A stretch of 64,000 bases of DNA, from assembly GCA_030704615.1 (NCBI GenBank), contig CM060731.1, forward strand, positions 70,432,001 to 70,496,000, written 5' to 3'. The notes beneath the pieces are model-generated. The model worked only from the letters and a program-made list of their open reading frames with translations, was not told where the DNA came from and searched no databases. Source of the stretch: Takakia lepidozioides (Eukaryota > Plantae > Bryophyta). Position 1 is the first letter of the stretch. Each line of letters begins with the position of its first letter. Position numbers and translations under genes: made by a program. Positions 51,137-64,000 of the stretch are shown piece by piece.

Positions 51137-53838
51137 AAATCTCACTTCGAGGAGTGGGAATTTTCGAAAAACAGGGTATCTCAGAGGGACTATGCCCACA
51201 AGCTGTAAATAAGTACGCATGCATGGAGAGAAGATTGATATATCACTAAATTCCACGTTTTTCAGCAGAGGAGATGATGGCAGGAGGACAAAGATGTCAA
51301 TACTTTTCGAAGATGTCGCAAGAGGTCGGGGAATCGTCATAGCACTCGCTCGCAAGAGTCTGGGGTCTTCCATCGCCAAGCTGGATACCCATTTCAGCTC
51401 CACAGCTTCGCCCATCAACCTGCATACTGCGATGCTTCCCGCCCGTTCACTGCAAGGAGAAGACATGCTCTTGGGTATGGCGTCTCCCTGCGCGCTCAGA
51501 GCTGAACACGCTGCCATCCCAGTGGCTCTAAAAGAGCCAAGACGAAGCTGGAGGAAAAAAGAAAAGAGAAAAGCACAGCGCGCCTACTCACAAGTATGCT
51601 CCCTGTGCTATCTTAAACGGAGCGGATTGCAGTGGTCACCCATCTACCTAGTACCAAAGTATCGATCAAAGACCCAGGCTTCGCAGAGAGACAATTGTAT
51701 CTCAGAAGAGACATCACTAAGCTAAGGACGGAAAGAGTCTCCTCACTGCACAGCATTATCCAAGTTGACAACTCCCAAGCCAGCAATCATAATACAATGA
51801 AGACTTCTGCTGCCGAGAAAGGAGGGAGATGACTGCTTTTCATTGATCTATGCCGTTTAACAAATGACACCCACCACTCAGTTCACCCACTATGATTACT
51901 TAGCATCTTGAAGAGATCCATAACATTGCATAGGGACACTGGGCCACGATATCAGACTGTTGGCAAAGGGCTGCATTTGTAGGACTTTGAACTTTTGGAA
52001 GCTGGACCCAGTATAAAAACAGTAAAAATTTAGTTTCTCAAGCGATCAAGTTGGCTGTAGTTTGTCTGATGAATCTTGAAGGCCCTGGATGGTGGCGGGG
52101 GAGCTCTCTCTCCACTAGTCTCTCTCTCTCCTTTGGTCGTCGCTCCTCCAGTTGAATGGAAGGGTGTACATGGAATGATAAAAGCCTCCCAAGGTGATAA
52201 GCCTCCTCCTTTCTCACCAAACTGCTCCATCATAAACATCAGGCGCATGGTATCAAAATATTGGGGTAGGGCAAGTTGTGCTGCACTAGTCCTGATTTTT
52301 TCTTCATAAGTAGGCGGGTTTTCCAAGGGCGTGACCCGTCTCAGTATCGATCAAATGAAGGACAGATCCCTTCAGTTCCAACGTTACAAGTTCCAACCGA
52401 CCCAGAGAGAATTTATTCCAAAAGCAAGCACATGTGGGATTGCAGTTGAGAAAACTAGTGCAACTAGCATGTTGAGGAGGGCAAGAGGCTATCAAATGAT
52501 AAAAGAACTGCACTCTCACAACATGAAGGTGATGGATCTCACTTTCTTATACTTTGGACTTTGTTCCCATTTATTTTATGCATCCAAGGACCAAGTTGGG
52601 ACTTGGTCCATTGTTTCTTGGCTTATAGTGTAAAGCATCCCTTACTCTAACCCTCCAAATCTGGAGGAAGGGACAAGGGACGGACATTCACAATATCAAA
52701 AGTTTATGAATTCCAGTGACTAATATGAAGACTTGCAATGCATGGTAGACAACTTCCGGAGTAACAGGATTTCCATTCATTCATTCATTCTGCAATAAAG
52801 GCCCACCCAGAGACAGATTTAGAAAACTGTATGTTCCTTGGTTAGCTACAATCATCACTTTTCATCGTTGTTGATAGAGACAGTCTCAAGTCTCAGCCTC
52901 TTCTGCATCACAGATATGGCGCATGGCTGGTGGCTGCACTTATATTGCAACCTGGGTGTATAACTAAGAGGGTCGAGAGGGATTAAGACTCCCTCATGTA
53001 AGAGTATCTCCAATTGTAATACATGTAACTGTGATCCCATTTGCTTGATTGTCAAGGCAACTCCAGTGTTGTAGTGTTGGGGGTGCATTCTCAAATGAGA
53101 CCGCTCACCACCCATCAGGATGACTTTAGATGGCGTCAGTGAAGTAGCACACCACATGAGAGTTGGTGGCCACTTATGGTAGCTTACCCTGCACATAAGA
53201 GAAGCAGCACACATTTTTCCAGTAAAAGAGGGAACCAGGTTCAACACACTACAGCTTCTTTGAAGAAAGTATAAAACGTTGTGAGATGAGACTGAACACA
53301 CAGATTCTTAGCTGGCACATGCAGTAAATCAGATAATACATATACCTTGATTCTTTCAATGCACCAAGCAGTTTGGTGTAACAAAATCCAATGAAGAAGA
53401 AAAGGCCGTTATCAAATTGCGTTTGTCTCCACGTTAACGCATCAGAAAAAGGCCATTCTAGCCTACACCTAATCCACTATCCCAATGAGATTAATCTCCG
53501 ACAACTTCACATACATGAAGTTGTGATTTCCTCTTTTTCTCACCCTTCCATGAGGTGGTTACATTTGAGTGCATCAAGACTCGTACCTGTTCCTGCCAAG
53601 TGCAGAGCTGAAGGCAGATGAACTTAGCATACAATTAGGAATTGGTATCTGCCAAACCGTTAACTGCTTTGCACCACTATGAGTCTTCCTAAAGAAAGAG
53701 TTATGACAAGTCAGCCTGACAAACAGAGGAGAAACAGGAGTTCTCCAAAACTGTGCTGTTCTACTCAACTCCATACAAGTAACAATGTGTGCCACATGGT
53801 GAACATCGACCACCTGCGGAGACATAGTAAACAAGCAG

Positions 53839-58007
<4,169 letters not shown>

Positions 58008-58043
58008 CTACACTGCCTGCCAGTGTGCGTACATGCCAAGCTC

Positions 58044-58046
<3 letters not shown>

Positions 58047-58079
<33 letters not shown>
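58047..58079. repeat. (GA/CT)n microsatellite just upstream of the MSI1 start codon
   Basis: About 16 GA units, 55-87 nt upstream of ATG 57992. Confidence 0.9.
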
Positions 58080-58081
<2 letters not shown>

Positions 58082-58289
58082 AAACCCCTAAACTGCGCCC
58101 AGCGCCAAACTTTTGAACTACAAACCACCCCAAGCCCATGGGAACACTTTCAGATCCTATTGGGAACATTATAACAAGATTGTTTTGGTTGGGGATCTGC
58201 GACAATTACTGTCTCGACAATGGTCAGAGGGGCTTGGCCAGAGAAATTAGAAGCTTCCTTCTCGGCTAAGTTATGTACAAGACCCAGTC

Positions 58290-58850
58290 GACAATCTCCT
58301 CCAATCTAAGTATGGATTTGTTCAGTGGTCTGTTTTCGTTGGAGCGACTAGCTGAGCGATTTGCAGAAGAAATGGGCTTTGAATGGAATTGTGGGCAGCT
58401 CGATGAATTGTGCATTGATGTATGGCAATCAGATGTATATCAGCCCCGTCTGATGTCCGATCGCTGGTCAGTTAGACAGATTAATTGACATGTGGGCTTT
58501 AGCCACTCTTCATGGGCTGTGCGAACAGGGGAGGAATGCTGAAGCTTGCAGTGAGGGATTACCGGTTTCAAGACCCCCCGGGATGGGGTTACACGAGAGG
58601 CAGTCGCTCTTGTGGGAGAAGCAGGTGGGGCATTTTGGGAGCAGTACTGGCCTACAATTCTGAAGATTTTCGGCTCTTTTGCACAGCAAGTCCAGTGAAT
58701 TCCTCAAAGTAATCAGTAATGAAGTCAAACCATCGTTTGTCAGCGTTTCTGCCGACGAGGTCTCTTATCCTCTTCATGTACTTCTCCGGTATGAAATTTG
58801 TGTACTTTGTGAGTCCGCCATAGCTAGAATTTGGAAGGAAGAAAACTCTA
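58290..58850 (+). pseudogene. M32 (carboxypeptidase Taq-like) metallocarboxypeptidase pseudogene fragment
   Basis: Collinear motifs FSLERLAERFAEEMGFEWNCGQLD; HGLCEQGRN..GLPVS..GMGLHERQSLLWEKQVG (from 58511); AFWEQYWP; NEVKPSFVSVSADEVSYPLHVLLRYEI. These match the family patterns HALYEQG, HESQS and ADEVTYxLHxxLRYEIE. Confidence 0.8.
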
Positions 58851-58937
58851 CAACTAGTGAAAGAGAGTTGTCCACAAAGAATGTCCAACTGCGATGAGCA
58901 ACGTTTCACTGCTTCACTGATTCTATTTGGTTCTGAA

Positions 58938-61403
58938 GCCGGGAGACGAGTCCTCTATAAAGAGTGCTGCAAATTGAAAGCCAACAAAGAAATGTGGATT
59001 AGATACTACCAGATCTGCAAAGATATCAATCAGCTTGTAAGGTCTCAGAAGAAATTAGATTGGGACAAGTTATATAGTGAAATAAACTCAAACCCCTATG
59101 GTGGTAATGACAAGAGTCTTTTGTGAGCCCTTCAACGTCTGTACAAGCCGAAAAATTGCAAGTACAAGCGCTGAGGACTACTAAGGGTGCAGCGGTGACT
59201 TCAACGGTTGACATTGTCAAAACCTATGAATCCCACTCCAGTATCCTTGGCAGAAACTCTAGGTCTAACAGTGAGGGATCTTCTGAAGAACAGTTTAAAA
59301 ACTATTCAAAGACAGCCCTGATGAACTGGAGTATATTTCAAAGGGTTACAATGCTCCCAGTAGTTCTTCTGAGATTATGTAAGCAATTGAGCATTTAAAC
59401 GGATATAAACCTGGTGGACCTGATGACATAGTCAACGAGCTTATCAAGCATGGTGGCGACCCCATGATAGAGGCCCTTGTACTTCTCTTTAACCTTATCT
59501 GGAGGACTGAAATGATCCCTTTTTGCTGGCAACAGGGGGTCATTGTCAACTTATACAAGAGAGGTGACAAAGAAGAGCCGGGGAACTATTGAGGCATCAC
59601 GCTTCTCAATGCAGTTGGCAAGATCTTTTGCAGGGTTATAAGTACTCGTCTTAAGGTTGATCTGGAATCTAGAGGTTGTTTCAACAAAGGCCAAGCTGGC
59701 TTTCTGAGAAACAGGGACTGTGTGGATCATATCTTCACTCTAAACCAGATTATCCAGGGAAGGAAAAAAGAAGGGAAACCCACTTTTGTCTTTTCTTGGG
59801 TGTCAAAAAGGCTTATGACACAGTGTGGAGAGATGGTCTACGGCTCCAACTCTGGTCCTGGGATCAAGGGAAAGATGTGGAGAGTGGTCCATATGTATGC
59901 TCACAGCAAAAGCTGTGTCACTGTTAATGGACAGAAGTCTAACTTCTTTGACATAGACCAAGGTGTAGCTCAAGGATGTACCCTCGCCCCTCTGCTCATC
60001 AATGTTTTCATCAATCAACTCCTCGAGGATGTGGAAAGTGAGGGATTTGGATTAAGGGTGGGTAATGCCACCATACCAGCCCGTATGTTTGCGGATGACT
60101 TCGCAGCATAGGGGAGACTCCTTCCAATCTCCGGGAGTTGATTGATTGTGCGAAGAGATACTTTGAACTTTGGGTGCTAGAGGCTAACGTCAGTAAATGT
60201 GCAGTGGTGGCATTCGACGACCGAGGGGAGGGAGAAGGTGATCTCAAGTGGCAGTGGGGAAGCCAAGAGATACCGGTCCTCCCTTCCTACACATACCTTG
60301 GCGTTGAGTTTTCCTCCAACTGTAATTGGGATCCACATATTCAAAAAGTCGTTCAATCTGGCAAGCGCAAAGCGCTGGGTCTAACCAAATTTTTCCACTG
60401 CAGAGGGATCAACTCTGAAGTAAAAACAACCATGCTTTGCCGCGTAGACCTGCATGTATGGGTTGATAACTCCAACCAGGCTAAGTCTCTAGAATCCATT
60501 CAAGTGGGGGTGCTTAAGGAGTGCATGTCAGCATGCCCCAGAACAGCCAACGTGGCTGTTCGGGGTGAGTTTGGCATCCCTTCCTTAAGCTCCCGACGAG
60601 GTGAATTCAAGGTCGGATGGTGGGGTCAGCTGCAACATGTCTAATATCAGATATCCTAAGTTAATCGACTGTCTTGGAAGCACAATCACCCTATCAAACA
60701 GGCTTAAGTCTTGGCGGAAGAGACTAGAAGAGATTCTCAAGGCTCTGAATTTAAGCCTGCAAGTCTTGACCCTGCTGGATAAATCTGACTAAGAGGCTGT
60801 AGTGTCCAAAGCCATGTCTGTTACCAGGAAATTGTCCGATGAAAATGAAGTTAGGCAGAAAACTTCCTTGAACTTGTTTCCAGTCTGTGAACATGGGAGA
60901 GGCCATCATGGGTGACCTCAAGAGTTTACCCACCCTCCGCACTAGACTGAAATTAACCTCAGGGTGGGAAGCCTACCTTTGAACAGCAAACAGATGCAGA
61001 GAGGAAAGAGGGATTGCAATTGCCCGTTGTGTGGGCAACCTGAAGACAATATTTATTTTCTGATTCATTGTCCTGGGAACTCTCATGAGAGAGACGCCCT
61101 ATTCAAATCCATCAAGGGAATTGTGCATGAACCTCTGTTTACCAACTTTGAAAGTCTCAAGGCAGAGCCAAAAGCCCAGGCCCTTTTGGGGCCTAGTTAT
61201 TGGGCAAACCACACACAGCAGATTGATGCTTGTGTGAAGGGATTTCTAGAGGATATCTGGAAAACTCGGATTAATAGTCTGTTCCAAGGTAAGTGATACT
61301 ACCGGCGTCAGCCCCTGACAAAGGTAGTTTCTGTCCCTTTGTGTCCGCTCAAGCTGAGCACGGGTCAATGGCCACGCTATGGCAAACAACGACTTATGAG
61401 TAC
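58938..61403 (+). mobile_element. 5'-truncated, decayed LINE with 18-bp TSD
   Basis: TSD ATTCTATTTGGTTCTGAA at 58920-58937 and 61404-61421; RT motifs QGCTLAPLL and FADDF; C-terminal CPLCG..ED..FLIHCP. Confidence 0.92.
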
Positions 61404-63492
61404 ATTCTATTTGGTTCTGAACTGGCTTTGGTCAGAATGTCTGGCACCCATATCATTGGTAGGACTGTACCTAAACTGAACTTTTCCTAAAGCAACCATC
61501 TCACCAACATAATGGCGTCATAGACCTACACTGGCCCCCTTTATAGTGATCATGCAACATGCAAATGCAAGGAACCACTGAAACTCAACTATGCTGTAAT
61601 GCAAAACGAATTTGCTAGAATTCAAAGGCCTTGCCACAGTGTCAGGAAAGAGCTAACAGGTCAGAGATGACCTCCCTAACTTTGAGATTCAACAATTGGG
61701 ATTTATTTGGAACCAAAGTCTGGCCATCGTGCAAGATGTCAACATTGATTTGAATTACTAAGAAGTAATAGGAATTGGCAAGAGAGAGACACAACTCTCA
61801 TTCGCAATCAATCATGCAGAAGTGTTACAAGGACACAAAAACATAAATAAAAGAACAACCCAATAATTTGATCCTAAGTGTGAGATATGATCAAAAGTGA
61901 ACTCAAGAAATTTAAGCTGTCAATATTGAGGTGCCAATGGTAGAATGTGTCACACCACGCTTGACAATAAATACGCCCTAACTAGCAAAAAAAAAAAAGA
62001 GCTCAATTTTACGAAAGTAGATTGTGAGTAAGGACCGGAGAACGGTATGATAATCATCATGACGCTTAGGCAGGAGATTGTCAGCCAGGAGTTCTTTGCA
62101 TGAAAACCTTGCCTCTCTTTAGTCCTACACAGCAGTGAAAACTTCGCACATGGTACAAAACTTGCTTGACAACTTAATGTCTGCAGTAACAATTTACCAC
62201 CTATGGAGGCCTCTCAAGGGTGGCAATGTTTTTTGAGTCCCCTCTTCCAACAGCTCCATCTTATGCAAAAACTCCTGCAACAGGTTTTGCCTCCAACTGT
62301 CATTTAGACGTGTCCCATAGCTTTTGTGATTTTCTCGAGCATTGTGCAAATCAAGGTTGGCTTGGTGAAGTTCTTTTCTGGAATTGGACCAAGCCCTGTT
62401 GGTTTCATCAGAGTGAGAATAGAAATGCTCTAATCTCTCAAGGCCGTCTTCTGTTTCCCACTCTTTAAAGAATCAATGGTGGACTTGGGCCTCTGTGAGT
62501 TCATAGTCCATGTCATTCACCAGCTCCCTTAAAAGTTTCATCTTCTCAAGTTCAACTCCTCAATCTCTCTGTCCCTCTTGGAGACCAAGTCCTGCTTCAT
62601 GCAAATGTTGCATCTCATCATGCATTTTCCACATGCTTAGATTCTAGTATAGACCTCAGAAACCAGTGGAAGTACCTGAAAAACAACCAGCTATGTCCAT
62701 TTTTCATGCAATGCCACTCTATCTAGCAAGCCATGGATTCAAGTCATGTGAACAGTACATCTACTTAGCAAGCAACATATGATTTGTTGAAGATTCCAAA
62801 AGACAACATACCATGGGCTACCGGCTGATGGGCTTCTTGAAAATAGTCTCATGCCTCAACAACAATTTATGACTTCTTGTAACATGCAATTCCAAATACT
62901 ACTTACAAACTAGATCATGTTTGGGCAAATGCTCTTAATCAACATTGTACATTTGGTAACAGAAGTATATTGAACAAACCATACACATGTATTTATTGCT
63001 TTTAAAATACCTAATTATATTCTTGGCCACAAACATATCTTACATCATTTCTGATACACCATCACTTGAAGCATTTCTTCACCATACGAGGAGCCATTAC
63101 GCTACTAGCCGCTTGTTTATTTAAGAGAGAAGCAGAGCCCTTATATTGGAAACATATCAGTGTTTTTCGACCTTCAAAGGAATTATGGGGGATCCAGTAG
63201 TTCAATATTTGGAGCCTAATGTTTCTTACGTACTCCTGTTAAAATGTGCCATCTGTCAAATAACCACTTTTCTAGTGCCCGCCACCTCGTTATTCTCGCC
63301 ACATGGGCGCTGGGCAAATTTACATGTGGCCCTGTGGCAATTTTGGGAAAAATGAAAACATAAAAAAACACTGGAACATTTCGAATTATACTTAGGTGGT
63401 ACTAGGGAGTCTCGAGAGGTAACTAGTAGCTAGATAAGCTGGTTTTTGATTTCGATTAGTTACCAACGCTAGAAACCCGGAGTCCCTAGGCA

Positions 63493-63750
63493 CTATATCT
63501 TTGCGTGAACGTAGTCTTTGAAGATGAAGTATTTTTCTCCGTGTTTCAGTGCATACGCCAACAAGACATTGATCGTTGCTCCGGTGGCTATGAGCAATCG
63601 CAGAGGCAGGGCAAACGGCAGTCCAGAGATCGCTGCTAAGCCCATCACCACAGCGTGGCCTGCAAATACTTTCTGCCAAAAACGGGATGACTCTAGTGCT
63701 TTTGTGCAGGACGCACACTTGCTTGTGTGGCTGTTGAATCGATCCAACAT
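63493..63750 (-). CDS. PAO: Last exon of pheophorbide a oxygenase (Rieske oxygenase); gene continues beyond the window
   Basis: Acceptor TAG|ATG at 63751; MLDRFNSHTSKCASC, two hydrophobic helices and FIFKDYVHAKI* match the PAO/ACD1 C-terminus. Confidence 0.85.
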   Translation of the reverse strand: MLDRFNSHTSKCASCTKALESSRFWQKVFAGHAVVMGLAAISGLPFALPLRLLIATGATINVLLAYALKHGEKYFIFKDYVHAKI

Positions 63751-63760
63751 CTATACCAAT

Positions 63761-63910
63761 CACAACAAGTCTGCATCAGTATGTGTTCTCGAATCATAAG
63801 CAGCAAGGAATATGCACAGGGCACCAAGAGGAAGGACCACAACAAGTCTGAATCAGTATGTGTTCTCGAATCACAAGCAACAAGGAATCTGCAGAGGGCA
63901 CCAAGAGGAA
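63761..63910 (+). repeat. 77-bp tandem duplication in the PAO intron
   Basis: CACAACAAGTCTG.ATCAGTATGTGTTCTCGAATCA... at 63761 and 63838. Confidence 0.9.
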
Positions 63911-64000
63911 TGACGTATGTATATATATGCAAAACTGGTCATAGATTGGTTGATTTGGTGCATGACATAGTACTGATCAGAGAACCAAAATGGCAAACGT

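Noticed and set aside
52304-52345. ETGHALG on the minus strand as the missing M32 HExxH segment
   Set aside because: 6 kb away, opposite strand, first His absent, no flanking M32 similarity.

Overview
Eukaryotic nuclear DNA from a plant, most likely a non-seed land plant (inferred from the PLS-PPR expansion and repeat style). Recognisable host genes are a complete six-exon MSI1/RBBP4 gene (53839-57992, -), the last exon of pheophorbide a oxygenase (63493-63750, -), a dirigent-like gene (17407-17991, -) and two long PLS-class PPR genes (13112-16213 and 46917-50346, -). Main result: both PPR genes can be spliced, through identically placed introns, to an N-terminal PDF motif, the ssDNA-binding motif of plant organellar OSB proteins, and both have a decayed E2/E+/DYW tail. 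Two non-autonomous CACTA elements with TIRs and 3-bp TSDs (27282-31761 and 33354-39437) carry shuffled PDF exons and PPR fragments, one with an in-frame 195-bp tandem amplification. Other oddities are a spliced, degenerate N4/N6 DNA-methyltransferase-like gene (7.3-8.3 kb), an M32 carboxypeptidase pseudogene (58.3-58.85 kb), a Copia relic inside a PPR-DYW pseudogene, a LINE with an 18-bp TSD, and a 5'-inverted LINE in a GC-AG intron of MSI1. All family assignments are by-eye motif recognition; no searches were run.
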